Position numbers and translations under genes: made by a program. Shown one piece after another: positions 28,630 to 39,413 of a stretch of DNA of 64,000 nucleotides; positions within the stretch are counted from its first letter, which is position 1; every line of letters begins with the position of its first letter. Origin of the DNA: Patescibacteria group bacterium (GTDB lineage: Bacteria; Patescibacteriota; Saccharimonadia; UBA4664; SCTI01); NCBI GenBank assembly GCA_004297735.1, contig SCTI01000002.1:160-64159 (forward strand), written 5' to 3'. The notes under the pieces are model-generated. The model searched no databases. It was not told the DNA's origin and was given only the letters and a program-made list of their open reading frames with translations.

Positions 28630-30681
28630 TTATTTAACGCAGCCGCCAGGCCGCTTAAAGCACCACGCTAGCGTTTCGCGAGTGGCCGGAGCAGCATATT
28701 GAGCGCCTTCACCCGAGTTTTCAACCAAGATAACTGTGACGATTTGCGGATCATCATACGGGGCGAAAGCGGTGAACCAGGCATGTGGCTTGCGCTTACC
28801 ATTGGGATCGGTCTCGGCGGTACCGGTTTTACCGGCAACCGGTACCGGTACCTCTCGCTCCATCTGGCAGCAGGCGGTACCGTAGGATTCAGATACCACC
28901 TTGCGCATGGCTTGGCGAATGAGCTGAATATTGGCCGGGCTAATAAAGTTTTGGCGGACAACTTCGGTGCTGCTAGCGCGGATGGTGCGACCACCGGCAT
29001 CTTGGACCTCTTTTAAAATATGCGGCTTCAACACATTGCCGCCGTTAGCCACCGCCGCCGTAGCCACCGCCATTTGCAAGGGTGAGGCGCGGAGGTCACC
29101 CTGCCCAACCGAAATGTTGTAGGTGTCTCCCAGGTACCACCCCTCACCACTAGCCTTCTTTTTACTGGCCGGAGTTGGTACTAGGCCGGCGGTTTCACCC
29201 GGCAGGTCAACTCCGGTCTTAGCCCCTAGGCCAAACTTGTTATAGTAAGCCGTCAACCGATCAACCCCTAAGCCGGCAATATTACCAAAACCACCACCAA
29301 CGGTATAAAAGAAGACGTTTGAGCTAACCGCAATCGCTCGTGAAATGTTAACCACTCCCAAGCCACCCTCTTCGTACGAACGAAAGGTGTACTTGGTGTT
29401 GGGGTCATACCGGTTAGGCACCTCCAGCGAACCGGTATCGTTCACGGTGGTAGATGGAGAAATAACTCCTTCTTGCAAGCCGGCTGAGCCGATTAACGGC
29501 TTGATGATCGAGCCAACCGGGTAGGCTCCGCCCATCGCCTTGTTAAACAGCGGTTGCGCCGAGTCATTAAGCAGCCGGCTGTAATCACTCTGACCAATAC
29601 CCTTAGCAAACAGGTTGTTGTCGTAGCTAGGCAGGTTGACCGCCGCCAATATCTCGCCGGTTTTTGGGTTGAGCGCAATCCCGCTAGCACGCGGACTGCC
29701 GCTAGCCTGCATCTGCTTTTTTATCGCTTCGGTCATCTGCTGTTGTAGCTCGGTGTCGATGGTTAGAACTAGGTTAGAGCCAGGCACCGACGGCTGCGAA
29801 CTAAGCAGCTTGATTGGCCGACCCGACGCGTCGACCTCGGTCTGCTCGCGTCCGTTTTGGCCGCGTAGCTCCTTTTCGTACTGCAGCTCCACCCCTAGTT
29901 TACCGGCATAATCGGTTGGGGCGTAATCGGGGTTGCGAATTAAGTCCTGTTCGCTAACTCTACCGGTATAGCCCAATATCGCCGAGAGCAAGGTTTGGTC
30001 GCGGTAGTCTCGGATCGGGTTTACATCTAAACTAAATCCCGGTGTGGTGGCCGACAGCTGATCAAAGTCGAGGGCGGTCTCGCGCGGCACATTATCGGCA
30101 ACCAGTCGCGGCTGTGTGGCCGCCAAACAGTCAAATTCGGCCCTAAACTGTGGCGTACCAGCTTTAAGCGCTTGATCTATACAGGAGCGTTCAACGCGTT
30201 GCTCAATCTCTTGCCCACTTACCCCCAGAGAAGCGCCAACGGTAGCGTAAATCTGACGACGGTGATTGATGTCACGCGGCAGCAAGCTGGGTATTACCGT
30301 AACATCAAAGCTAGCCAGGTTCTGGGCCAAGGTCACCTTGTTGCGATCGTAAATAACCCCTCTTGGCGCCCTAGTTACCTTTTGGCGCAGGCGGTTTCCG
30401 TCGGCGAGCCCAAGATTACGGTCGCCATCAATAATCTGCAAGCGAAACATTTGAATCGCTAGTACCGCCATCACCAAAAAAACCGCCCCCACAATAATAA
30501 TCAAGCGGCGTCGGCTGGTAGGAGTTTCGATCACTCCCGCCTCGGCGTCGGCTGGCAGAATGGCCTCAATCCATCTTTCGTTACCACCCTGATCACGCTT
30601 AATCACTGGATCGCCCTTATGGGGTGACTGCTCGCCACCAAAACCGAATATAGGCTCTTTGGCTTTACGGCTCACAGCCAA
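28630..30681 (-). CDS. mrdA: Penicillin-binding protein 2 (elongation transpeptidase)
   Basis: 683 aa; SxxK (GSIIKP), SxN (SSNVFF), KTG (AGKTGTAE) motifs; follows mreBCD. Confidence 0.85.
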   Translation of the reverse strand: MAVSRKAKEPIFGFGGEQSPHKGDPVIKRDQGGNERWIEAILPADAEAGVIETPTSRRRLIIIVGAVFLVMAVLAIQMFRLQIIDGDRNLGLADGNRLRQKVTRAPRGVIYDRNKVTLAQNLASFDVTVIPSLLPRDINHRRQIYATVGASLGVSGQEIEQRVERSCIDQALKAGTPQFRAEFDCLAATQPRLVADNVPRETALDFDQLSATTPGFSLDVNPIRDYRDQTLLSAILGYTGRVSEQDLIRNPDYAPTDYAGKLGVELQYEKELRGQNGREQTEVDASGRPIKLLSSQPSVPGSNLVLTIDTELQQQMTEAIKKQMQASGSPRASGIALNPKTGEILAAVNLPSYDNNLFAKGIGQSDYSRLLNDSAQPLFNKAMGGAYPVGSIIKPLIGSAGLQEGVISPSTTVNDTGSLEVPNRYDPNTKYTFRSYEEGGLGVVNISRAIAVSSNVFFYTVGGGFGNIAGLGVDRLTAYYNKFGLGAKTGVDLPGETAGLVPTPASKKKASGEGWYLGDTYNISVGQGDLRASPLQMAVATAAVANGGNVLKPHILKEVQDAGGRTIRASSTEVVRQNFISPANIQLIRQAMRKVVSESYGTACCQMEREVPVPVAGKTGTAETDPNGKRKPHAWFTAFAPYDDPQIVTVILVENSGEGAQYAAPATRETLAWCFKRPGGCVK

Positions 30682-31193
30682 GATCCTCGACGAAGCTCGC
30701 TGGTAATCCGCGCGCGCCGGTCGCGAGTAAGTTCGCGCACCGCAAACAAAACTCCGACCACAATCACATTAAAAATCGCTTCGATTCCGGTTCGCTGAAC
30801 CACTACCGCCCAGTCGATGCCGGCGGTAGAACCAACCACTCCCAGTACAATAAATAGATTGGCGACTATTGTACTAATCACCACCACCGCGGCCGCTAAC
30901 GAAAACGACTCGGCGTACAAACCAAACTGACGGGCCGAGATTATAGCGAGCGTTACCACCGTAAAGAAAGCTGTACGCAAGCCAAAATCACTGCCGCTGG
31001 CTAAATCAAGCAGTAAGCCACATAGCACGGCGCTAGCTACCGCCGTAGTGGCCCTAGCCCACAGTGCCGTCACCACCACCACCGCCAGCACCACATTAGG
31101 CATAACTCCCAGCGGTCGAACATGGCTAAACCAAGATAGCTGCAACCAGACCGCCGCCAAAAGTGCTCCAACCTGCATAACAATTGCTAGCAT
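30672..31193 (-). CDS. mreD: Rod shape-determining protein MreD
   Basis: 173 aa polytopic membrane protein between mreC and pbp2. Confidence 0.6.
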   Translation of the reverse strand: MLAIVMQVGALLAAVWLQLSWFSHVRPLGVMPNVVLAVVVVTALWARATTAVASAVLCGLLLDLASGSDFGLRTAFFTVVTLAIISARQFGLYAESFSLAAAVVVISTIVANLFIVLGVVGSTAGIDWAVVVQRTGIEAIFNVIVVGVLFAVRELTRDRRARITSELRRGSWL

Positions 31194-31212
31194 ATCTTAC
31201 CTCCGCTCCAAG

Positions 31213-32019
31213 TTACGGCTGCGAAACCACATAAACCACCTCTAAGCGATTAAAGGCCACTCCCGAGGTTACCTGAGCCACCTGGAACACCCCGTTGTCG
31301 CGGCGTTCAACCGTCTGCACCTTGCCAATAATCAAGCCCTTAGGTATCTCGCTGCCGGTACCGGCGGTCACCACCGTATCGCCAGGCGAAACCGTTTCGG
31401 TTTGAGCAATCTTGTCCATAACCAAACCGCCACCAATCTGGCCGTAAATGGTACCGGTTGGTCGATTTGGCGCGTCCTGGTCGAGGGCGGTCACTCGAAA
31501 AGTCGGGTCAATCACCAAAAAGACCTTGGCGGTGGTAGGCGTAACTTCTTGCACCGTACCAACCAGGGCTCCCTGACTAATCACCGCCATCCCCGACCTT
31601 ACCCCATCGGTGCTGCCGCGTCCGATAGTAATAAACTGGCGAAAATTATCCGGTTGATACCCTATCACTTCGGCCCCAATTAGCTTGTCGGGTCGAACGC
31701 CACCCAGATTAAGCTGCTTGCGTAGCTCGTCGTTTTGCGCCGCAACCTCAACCTCTTGGCTCAACCGCTGCTTTAAATCGGCCACCTCACTACGAAGCTG
31801 CTGGTTTTCCTTAGCCAAGCCTCCAATCGAGGTTGCGGCGGTTAGCCAGCCGGAGGTTGACGCGCTCATCTTGCTCAAAATGCCGGCAAATGGAGCGCCA
31901 ATGGTTGCCACGCCGCTCTGAACCGGACGCAACAGACCGGCCGAACCAAGCGCTACCAGCAACAAGCCAATTGCCATCAGGCCTAAAATCTTTCGCTGTA
32001 CGCTACGCCCTCGCTTCAT
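31213..32019 (-). CDS. mreC: Rod shape-determining protein MreC
   Basis: 268 aa; N-terminal TM, coiled coil, beta-rich C-domain. Confidence 0.8.
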   Translation of the reverse strand: MKRGRSVQRKILGLMAIGLLLVALGSAGLLRPVQSGVATIGAPFAGILSKMSASTSGWLTAATSIGGLAKENQQLRSEVADLKQRLSQEVEVAAQNDELRKQLNLGGVRPDKLIGAEVIGYQPDNFRQFITIGRGSTDGVRSGMAVISQGALVGTVQEVTPTTAKVFLVIDPTFRVTALDQDAPNRPTGTIYGQIGGGLVMDKIAQTETVSPGDTVVTAGTGSEIPKGLIIGKVQTVERRDNGVFQVAQVTSGVAFNRLEVVYVVSQP

Positions 32020-32031
32020 ATCATTCCCGCC

Positions 32032-33072
32032 CTACTTAAACTGGGTTGGCACCAAGATATCCTTGAGCGTATCGATATCCTCTAGCACCAGACCGGTCCC
32101 CCGCGCCACCGCCGTTAGCGGGTCATCGGCCACGTGTACCGGCATCTTAGTTTGCTGCATCAGTAGAGCATCCAGGCCTTTAAGTAAGGCGCCGCCGCCC
32201 GCCAAAACAATGCCACGCTCCAAAATGTCCGCCACCAGCTCTGGCGGAGTCTCCTCGATCGTGATCTTAACCGCCTCAACAATCTCGCGAACACTCTTAG
32301 CTAGCGCCTTCCGAATCTGCTCATTGGTTACCTGAACCTCTTTTGGCAAACCGGTCACCAAATCACGCCCCCGCATCGGCATCGACTTAGGCTTGTCTAG
32401 CTGGTGAGCCGCTCCGACCGTTACCTTAATCTGCTCAGCGGTCCGCTCACCAATAGTCAGGTTGAACTCATCGCGAGCAAACTGGATAATGTCTTCGCTT
32501 AGTTCGTCACCGGCAACCCGGATACTGCGGCTGGCCACAATCCCACCCAGCGAAATCACCGCGACCTCGGTGGTACCACCGCCAATATCGACAATCATTG
32601 AACCGGCTGGATCCTGAATTGGCAGTCGACAGCCGATCGCCGCGGCCATTGGCTCTTCGATGAGGAAGGTCTGGCGGGCGCCGGCGTTGGTGGCGGCGTC
32701 TTCCACCGCGCGCTTTTCCACCTCGGTTACGCCGCTGGGGATGCCAACCACCACCCTTGGTCTGGCCAGCAAGTTCCAGCGCTGGGGATGCACCTTGTCG
32801 ATAAAGTAGCGCAACATCTGCTCGGTAACCTCAAAGTCGCTGACAACACCGTCTACTAGTGGTCGGGTCGCCACAATACTGCTGGGAGTACGCCCAACCA
32901 TCTTTTTAGCCTCGTCACCAATGGCTAATACCTGGTTGGTTTTGGTGTTAATTGCCACCACGCTTGGTTCGTTGATCACAATCCCACGGCCGCGCACATA
33001 CACCAGGGTGTTAGCGGTCCCTAGATCGATCCCAATATCGTGCGAAAATCTTCCGAGTAGTCGGTCAAACAA
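32032..33072 (-). CDS. mreB: Rod shape-determining protein MreB (actin-like)
   Basis: 346 aa; IGIDLGTANTLVYV phosphate-1 and actin-fold motifs. Confidence 0.95.
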   Translation of the reverse strand: MFDRLLGRFSHDIGIDLGTANTLVYVRGRGIVINEPSVVAINTKTNQVLAIGDEAKKMVGRTPSSIVATRPLVDGVVSDFEVTEQMLRYFIDKVHPQRWNLLARPRVVVGIPSGVTEVEKRAVEDAATNAGARQTFLIEEPMAAAIGCRLPIQDPAGSMIVDIGGGTTEVAVISLGGIVASRSIRVAGDELSEDIIQFARDEFNLTIGERTAEQIKVTVGAAHQLDKPKSMPMRGRDLVTGLPKEVQVTNEQIRKALAKSVREIVEAVKITIEETPPELVADILERGIVLAGGGALLKGLDALLMQQTKMPVHVADDPLTAVARGTGLVLEDIDTLKDILVPTQFK

Positions 33073-33339
33073 TGTCTATACCAGCGTTACCATCTTGAGT
33101 TAGTTTAACAGGTTTGAGGGGTTTGAGGCTAGGGGTGACTTAGGGCGGCTTCACCTCCATGTGCTGTTTTGTAAAATGGGCTGTTTAAAGATTTTTAAAC
33201 GAGAGCAGCCGCGCGCTACCTGAGAATATTCCTTTAAAAAGTAAATTTTGGCCCTCACACCTGTTAAAAGATCCTTAAACAGGTGTTTTGCTATAATTAG
33301 AGCTAAGAGCTCTTCACATCTGACCGAAAGAAGTCGCAC

Positions 33340-33510
33340 ATGGCCATTAAACACGACTGCACTTACGAGGAGTTCGAACCCCCCGAAATTCGTCGCGTCC
33401 GCGAGCGCCTCCAGGAGCAGCTGGCCAGACAAGGCATCGCCCTCCGAGGTCGACCTCCTGTCTGGGTTGTCGGCGCCAGCATCAAGCCTGTTTCAACCAG
33501 AACCAAGTAG
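33340..33510 (+). CDS. Small hypothetical GC-rich ORF (56 aa) with own extended -10 promoter and terminator
   Basis: ATGGCCATTAAACAC... to TAG at 33508-33510; not in ORF track (<60 aa); preceded by TGcTATAAT and followed by hairpin+T-tract. Confidence 0.3.
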   Translation: MAIKHDCTYEEFEPPEIRRVRERLQEQLARQGIALRGRPPVWVVGASIKPVSTRTK

Positions 33511-33515
33511 CTCAA

Positions 33516-33560
33516 CGGGCCCGGGTGGAATGTTCCTACCCGGGCCGCAGTGTTTTTTAT
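33516..33560 (+). terminator. Intrinsic terminator (GGCCCGGGTGG..CCACCCGGGCC + TTTTTTATT)
   Basis: GC stem then T-tract on the plus strand in the 500-nt mreB-proS intergenic region. Confidence 0.6.
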
Positions 33561-33575
33561 TGAGTAATAATTAGA

Positions 33576-34823
33576 TTATTTGAAAAGTTTGAGAGCTTCG
33601 GCGTGCGAGACAAGCTTTGACTCCGCTTCGTTACGACGTTTTACTTCGACACTGTTTTCTTTGAGCGTCTTAGGGCTAACCGTTAATCGGACCGGCATAC
33701 CCATCAGGTCGGCGTCGGCGAACTTGGCGCCAGCTGGAATGTCACGGTCGTCGTAAATTGTTTCAATACCCTGCGCTTTAAGGTCAGCGTAGAGCTTGTC
33801 GGCGGCCTTGACGACGTCTTCATCCTCACCGATTCGAACAATGTGAGCCTTTGCCGGCGCAATCTCTTCTGGCCAAATCATGCCTTTATCGTCGTGGAAC
33901 AGCTCAATCAGTACGCCCATAACGCGCGCCGGGCCAATACCGTAAGAACCCATGATGACCGGCTTAACCGAGCCATCCTCATCGGTAAACTTGAGACCGA
34001 GTGGGTCGGAGAACTTGGTACCGAGCGTAAAAATGTTACCAACCTCGGAGGCGTTAACCTTTTCGAGCTTGTTTTTATCGAGGCCAAGATCGTTAAGGAC
34101 CTCATCGGTGTAAACCTCTTCGTTGACGGCCAGCTTCTTGTCGCGATCTAGGTAAATAACATCCTCTCCGGCCTCAATTATGGCCTGGAACTCATGCGAG
34201 TACTTGCTAAAACTGCCGCCGCTGGCAAAAGTAATAAAGGTGTGGTCACCGATTCCAAGGCGCTGAAATACTTTGGTGTAAACCTCTTTCATTTTTTCGT
34301 AATACTCATCATGCTGCTTTTGGTCGCGGCTAAAGGAATAGAGGTCCTTCATAATAAACTCGCGCGTACGCATGATGCCGCTCTTGGCCCTAACCTCATT
34401 GCGGAACTTGGCCTGGAACTGGTAAACATACTGCGGCAGATCACGGTAGCTGCTAATGTTTTCAGCCATTAGCTCGGTTAGCGGCTCTTCGTGAGTAAAA
34501 CCAAGACCCAGCTCGGTGTCGTTGTGCAACTTGGTGCGGAACCAAACGTCGACCTGCTTATCGTCCCAACGGTTGGTTTTTTGCCACAGTTCGGGCGGCT
34601 GCAGCGCGGTCATGGTTAGTTCCTGGCCGCCGGCTGCATTCATCTCTTCGCGGATGATGCCAATAATGCTGTTGAGCGTCTTGAGGCCCAGCGGCAGCAT
34701 AACGTAAGCACCGGCCATCTGCTTATGAACAAAGCCCGCTCGCAGCAGTAGCTGAGCGCTAATTGCCTCCTCATCCCTGGGAGCTTCACGTCTAGTCTTG
34801 GTAAAAAGTTGAGATAGTTTCAT
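33576..34823 (-). CDS. proS: Proline--tRNA ligase (short form lacking insertion editing domain)
   Basis: 415 aa class II; MRTREFIMKDLYSF motif 2 region. Confidence 0.85.
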   Translation of the reverse strand: MKLSQLFTKTRREAPRDEEAISAQLLLRAGFVHKQMAGAYVMLPLGLKTLNSIIGIIREEMNAAGGQELTMTALQPPELWQKTNRWDDKQVDVWFRTKLHNDTELGLGFTHEEPLTELMAENISSYRDLPQYVYQFQAKFRNEVRAKSGIMRTREFIMKDLYSFSRDQKQHDEYYEKMKEVYTKVFQRLGIGDHTFITFASGGSFSKYSHEFQAIIEAGEDVIYLDRDKKLAVNEEVYTDEVLNDLGLDKNKLEKVNASEVGNIFTLGTKFSDPLGLKFTDEDGSVKPVIMGSYGIGPARVMGVLIELFHDDKGMIWPEEIAPAKAHIVRIGEDEDVVKAADKLYADLKAQGIETIYDDRDIPAGAKFADADLMGMPVRLTVSPKTLKENSVEVKRRNEAESKLVSHAEALKLFK

Positions 34824-34825
34824 GT

Positions 34826-35581
34826 TTAGCTTTGGCTGATTGCAATAAAAGCAATGTAGTTATTAAAGGCGTGCAGTGCGATTCCTGGGATGATCGACCC
34901 AAGCCGTACGTACAAGAAACATAGTACCAGACCAATCACGAAGGTGTATACAATCACATTGGGCTGAACGTGAGCCAAGCCAAACAAAAAGCTCGATATG
35001 GCCGCCCCGGCGATTAAGCCAAATCGCTTTGATAGGGCTGGAAAGACAAAGCCACGAAACACCGTTTCTTCGACAAAAGCCGGTAGAACAACCAAGACCA
35101 CCGGCAGCCACCCTCTCAAGCTGGTTGCCAAGCCATCAAAATCGTTGGTCTGCGGCTCATCTGGATTAAAACCGGGAACCAGCAGTTGCACAACGACGTA
35201 CAGTATTTGCACCACTAAAATAAAGGCGATGAATAATCCGCCAATATACAGCAGCGCCTTCCACCAGCTAAACCCGCGAAAGCCAAGGTCGCGCCAGTTT
35301 GCACCGGTTCGATGTAAAAGGTAACCAATAATCGCTAACGACCCAATGGCATCAACGATAGCAAAGATTAAGTTCGCCTCCGGCTTATTGGAGTTAATTA
35401 GCTCATTAAATGGCTGGAAAACAGGGAACAACCCGGCTGCAACGGCGAACCATACATAAAAAGCAAATGGCAGAACCACCCAAGCGCCAGCAAACAAAGC
35501 CAAGGCATGTCGGGCGCTCCATGGCACCGAGCGTAAACGCTGAGCGGTGCTAGTACTAGTTGAGGCGCTGGATGTCGACAA
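34826..35581 (-). CDS. CPBP family intramembrane metalloprotease (CAAX protease/Abi)
   Basis: EExxxR (FVEETVFRG), FxxxH (LFGLAHV), HxxxN (HAFNN) motifs in polytopic protein. Confidence 0.75.
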   Translation of the reverse strand: MSTSSASTSTSTAQRLRSVPWSARHALALFAGAWVVLPFAFYVWFAVAAGLFPVFQPFNELINSNKPEANLIFAIVDAIGSLAIIGYLLHRTGANWRDLGFRGFSWWKALLYIGGLFIAFILVVQILYVVVQLLVPGFNPDEPQTNDFDGLATSLRGWLPVVLVVLPAFVEETVFRGFVFPALSKRFGLIAGAAISSFLFGLAHVQPNVIVYTFVIGLVLCFLYVRLGSIIPGIALHAFNNYIAFIAISQS

Positions 35582-36635
35582 AGGTCACCACGACCATTAA
35601 GGCGATTAAAGCGGCAAAACCAATGGTATGTACGGTAGCCTCAAAGCGTTCCGACAGCCGTCGGCGGGTAAGCTTTTGGGCAGCGATTAAGGTCCAGCGC
35701 CCACCGTCTAGGGCGGGCAGCGGTAGAGAGTTTAGCACCGCTAACGATACCGAGATTGAGGCGACAAACAACAGTACGTACGACACTCCAAAGTAAGCCA
35801 TGTTGGCCAAAATCGACACAATTCCAACCGGACCGGCTACCTGCTGACTCACCTGCCCCTGCGTTAGCAAGCCGGCTACCAAACCACCAAAAGCCGCCAG
35901 TGTAGCCCACACCATCTGGGCGGTCAAACCGGCCGCGGTGATTACCGCGTCTACCGGACGATACTGTAGCTTGTAGGTTTGAATTGGTGTGACTCCAAGT
36001 TGGCCCTGTTTTTCGTCAGCGCCACGCAAAGTAGTTGTAATGGTGCGAGTGCCCTGGTCACCTGCAACCTCAAAGCTAACCGTTTGGCCGGCCTGAGCCT
36101 TGGTGAAATCAAGCAACTGCTGCTCCGATTCCAGGGGCTGGCCGTTGGCGCTTAACACCACCTCTCCCCGCTCAATTCCCGCCTTAGCGGCCGGTGAATC
36201 TTTGGCGACCGATACCACCATTACCTGTTTGGGCTGATCGTAGGTTGGTTGGCCAAAGCTAAACTGATTGGCCAGTACCGGTGGCAGCCCACTAATACAT
36301 AGTCCGAGCAAGATGATGTAAGCGGCAACCAAGTTCATGGTGACTCCGGCAAACAAAATCTTGGTCTTTGACCAAAAACTGGCCGCGTTAAAACTGCCAG
36401 CCCCTTGGTCTGCCGTATCCTCACCCTTGAGTTTGACAAATCCGCCCAACGGCAACCAGTTGATTGAATAAACCGTCCGGCCGACTTTTTTGCCAATAGC
36501 GCGGGGCGGGAAACCAAAACCAAACTCCTCTACCTCAACCCCGCTACGCCTGGCCGCCACAAAATGACCCAGCTCGTGCACAAACACCAGTAGTCCAAAA
36601 ATTGCAATTACTAACAGAATAATAAGCAAGCTCAT
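35556..36635 (-). CDS. rseP: Site-2 zinc metalloprotease RseP (M50) with PDZ
   Basis: HELGHF HExxH motif in TM1, PDZ domain, LDGG motif. Confidence 0.85.
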   Translation of the reverse strand: MSLLIILLVIAIFGLLVFVHELGHFVAARRSGVEVEEFGFGFPPRAIGKKVGRTVYSINWLPLGGFVKLKGEDTADQGAGSFNAASFWSKTKILFAGVTMNLVAAYIILLGLCISGLPPVLANQFSFGQPTYDQPKQVMVVSVAKDSPAAKAGIERGEVVLSANGQPLESEQQLLDFTKAQAGQTVSFEVAGDQGTRTITTTLRGADEKQGQLGVTPIQTYKLQYRPVDAVITAAGLTAQMVWATLAAFGGLVAGLLTQGQVSQQVAGPVGIVSILANMAYFGVSYVLLFVASISVSLAVLNSLPLPALDGGRWTLIAAQKLTRRRLSERFEATVHTIGFAALIALMVVVTFVDIQRLN

Positions 36636-36669
36636 CTCCTTCTATTGTAGCTAACTTGACGCCCTAGGG

Positions 36670-37362
36670 CTATACGCCAAAGTTACGTTTACGTTTGGCG
36701 TACTCGGTTAAGGCCGCGTCAAACTCAGCCTCATTAAAGTCGGGCCACATTACATCGCTAAAGTACAGCTCGCTGTAGGCCGACTCCCAAATTAGGTAGT
36801 TGCTTAAGCGCTGCTCTCCCGATGTCCGGATAATTAAATCTGGGTCGGGAATACCGGCAGTTGATAAGTGCTCCCCAAAGCTAGATTCGTCAACCGACTT
36901 TACCCCGCTGGCCAGCAGCTTGTTGACCGCCTCTACAATATCGCGGCGCCCACCGTAGTTAAAACAAATATTAATGGTGCCGCCGCTGTTGTGGCGAGTA
37001 AGTTTTTGCAACTTGTCAAAGCCCTCCAGCAGACCTTCATCAACCCCTTCGCTGGAGCCAATAATATTAATGCGGATGCCTTTATCGTGCAGGCGTTTGC
37101 CCTCTTCTTTTAGGACCCAACCCACCAATTTCATCAAATAACCAACCTCTTCTTCGGTGCGAGACCAGTTTTCGGTCGAAAAAACGTAGCCGGTCACGTA
37201 CTTCACCCCTCGGTCAAAGGCCAAGTCGGCAATTTTGAGCAGGTTTTGGTAACCAGCCTTATGGCCCTCTTTGGTTTCGAGCCCTTTAGCCTTGGCCCAG
37301 CGGCGATTGCCATCTGGAATTACAGCGACATGAGTGGGTGTGGTAGGACTGGTTTGCGACAT
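36670..37362 (-). CDS. uppS: Undecaprenyl diphosphate synthase (cis-isoprenyl transferase)
   Basis: HVAVIPDGNRRWAKAKG and downstream motifs. Confidence 0.9.
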   Translation of the reverse strand: MSQTSPTTPTHVAVIPDGNRRWAKAKGLETKEGHKAGYQNLLKIADLAFDRGVKYVTGYVFSTENWSRTEEEVGYLMKLVGWVLKEEGKRLHDKGIRINIIGSSEGVDEGLLEGFDKLQKLTRHNSGGTINICFNYGGRRDIVEAVNKLLASGVKSVDESSFGEHLSTAGIPDPDLIIRTSGEQRLSNYLIWESAYSELYFSDVMWPDFNEAEFDAALTEYAKRKRNFGV

Positions 37363-37386
37363 GATTGGTATTATAGCGCGGACGGA

Positions 37387-37947
37387 TTAAACCGTCATGA
37401 GCTCGGCCTCTTTGGCCTTGGCAATATCGGTAATTTTTTGCTTGTACTGGTCAATCTTTTTGTTAAGTGACTGTTCGGCAAACTTCATATCATCCTGAGT
37501 CGCCTGCTTGTCCTTTTCTAGCTTTTTGACCTCATTAAGCACGTCATGGCGAATGTTGCGCAAGCTAATGTTACACTGCTCCACCTTGTTGCCAAGTTCT
37601 TTAACGATCTGGCGGCGGCGCTCCTCGGTCATTGGCGGGACATTCAAGCGCACAGCGTTACCGTCGCTAGCCGGGTTAAGACCCAAAGCCTGGTCCTCGC
37701 GAATGGTCTTTTCGATTACCGCTACCAAGTTCTTATCCCACGGGCTAATGGTGATGGTTTGTGCATCAGGTGTGGTGATGGTGGCTACGGCTTTAAGCGG
37801 CGTCTGCTGACCCCACTGCTCCACCATAATGTTTTCGACCATGCTGGTCTGGGCTCGACCGGTTCGCAAACTGTTGAGTTCATCTTTAAGATGCTCAATC
37901 GCCTTATCCATCCGCCCATCGGCGGCGCTCACCACCTGTGTCACCAT
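37387..37947 (-). CDS. frr: Ribosome recycling factor
   Basis: 186 aa; typical RRF helical-bundle sequence. Confidence 0.9.
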   Translation of the reverse strand: MVTQVVSAADGRMDKAIEHLKDELNSLRTGRAQTSMVENIMVEQWGQQTPLKAVATITTPDAQTITISPWDKNLVAVIEKTIREDQALGLNPASDGNAVRLNVPPMTEERRRQIVKELGNKVEQCNISLRNIRHDVLNEVKKLEKDKQATQDDMKFAEQSLNKKIDQYKQKITDIAKAKEAELMTV

Positions 37948-37948
37948 T

Positions 37949-38539
37949 TTACAGCTCCCCGCCTAGCTCAATGCGCTTAAACTGACGAATCACAATTCGT
38001 TCACCCAGCTTAGACGACAGATCGGTCATCATTTGCTCAATGGTTTGATCGCCATCCTTAATAAATGGCTGCTTGGTTAAACAAACACTTTCGTAAAACT
38101 TAGCCAACTTACCATCAATAATCTTATCGGCAATCTCGGCTGGCTTGCCTTCAACGTCAACCGCAAACACCTCTTTTTCCTTAGCAATCTCTGCCTCTGG
38201 CACACTCTCTGGGTCCAGGTACTGGGGGTTAGCAGCGGCTATCTGTAGCGCCATATTGCGAGCAAACTCCTGAAAGTCCTCGGTGCGAGCCACAAAATCG
38301 GTCTCACAGTTGACCTCAACCAGGACACCAATCTTGCCACCGTGAACGTAACTCGCGATGGTGCCTTCTTTAGCCTCGCGGTCGCCACGCTTGGCCACCC
38401 GGGCGGCACCCTTTTTACGCATGGCGGTTACCGCGGCTTCAAAGTCACCACCGGCTTCAACCAAAGCCTTTTTGGCGTCCATCATGCCGGCGCCGGTTAG
38501 CTCTCGCAGTTTCTTAATATCGGCTACTTCTACGCTCAC
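37949..38539 (-). CDS. tsf: Elongation factor Ts (short form)
   Basis: 196 aa; N-terminal UBA-like [16 protein letters not shown]. Confidence 0.9.
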   Translation of the reverse strand: MSVEVADIKKLRELTGAGMMDAKKALVEAGGDFEAAVTAMRKKGAARVAKRGDREAKEGTIASYVHGGKIGVLVEVNCETDFVARTEDFQEFARNMALQIAAANPQYLDPESVPEAEIAKEKEVFAVDVEGKPAEIADKIIDGKLAKFYESVCLTKQPFIKDGDQTIEQMMTDLSSKLGERIVIRQFKRIELGGEL

Positions 38540-39285
38540 TTAACCTCTCCTTCTTTTTTGGTATCTTCTTTAGCATCCTCAACCGGAGCCTTTTGGGCAT
38601 GTAGTTTAGCGCCTTCAGCGACGGCGGCAGCGATTCGGCCGGTAATCAACTGAATCGACTTGATCGCATCATCGTTGGCTGCAATTGGGTAGTCGGCCAA
38701 ATCCGGGTTGGCGTTGCTGTCGGCCACACCAATCACGGTTAGACCCAAGTTACGAGCCTCGGCAATGGCAATGTGGTCACGCGTCATGTCGACCACAAAG
38801 ACCGCCTTTGGCAGCTCGTCCATCTTTTTAATACCGCCAAAAATACGCTCCAAATGGTTCTTTTCGTTGGTCAGGTCCAGGACCTCTTTCTTGTTGTACT
38901 TACCAGCAAAGTCACCCGACTCCAAGCCAGCTTCAAGCTCCTTAAGTCGCTCCACGCGACTGCGAATGGTACGGAAGTTGGTCAAAAGACCACCCAGCCA
39001 GCGCTCGGTTACATAAGGCATACCGGCAGCCTCAGCTTCCTTTTTAATAATCGCTTGGGCCTGGCGCTTGGTGCCAACAAATAGCACGCTGCCGCCGTCT
39101 TCGGCAATCTTGCAAGCGGCCTTTTCCGCCTCCTCAAGCTGCTCAGCGGTCTGAGTTAGGTCAATAACGTGAATACCGCTGCGAGCCCCAAAAATGTACG
39201 GGCGCATCTGCGGGTTCCAACGACGAGTCTGGTGGCCAAAATGAGCACCAGCTTCCAATAACTGTTTAATAGTTTGATCTGCCAT
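38536..39285 (-). CDS. rpsB: 30S ribosomal protein S2
   Basis: 249 aa; [17 protein letters not shown] signature. Confidence 0.95.
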   Translation of the reverse strand: MADQTIKQLLEAGAHFGHQTRRWNPQMRPYIFGARSGIHVIDLTQTAEQLEEAEKAACKIAEDGGSVLFVGTKRQAQAIIKKEAEAAGMPYVTERWLGGLLTNFRTIRSRVERLKELEAGLESGDFAGKYNKKEVLDLTNEKNHLERIFGGIKKMDELPKAVFVVDMTRDHIAIAEARNLGLTVIGVADSNANPDLADYPIAANDDAIKSIQLITGRIAAAVAEGAKLHAQKAPVEDAKEDTKKEGEVK

Positions 39286-39413
39286 AAATTGTCTCCTTAG
39301 TCTTTGCTTCAGGCGACCGCTGAGTTTTAGGTTCGGCGGAGGATTGATGCCTGAGCTGTAACGTTAATCAATGCAACTTGGTTAGAATACCAGATTTGAG
39401 AGGTTTGGGCAAG

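Noticed and set aside
33378-33400. GGAGTTCGAACCCCCC, a T-loop-like word suggesting a tRNA
   Set aside because: No complementary T-stem, acceptor or anticodon arms could be formed around it. It lies inside the small GC-rich ORF.
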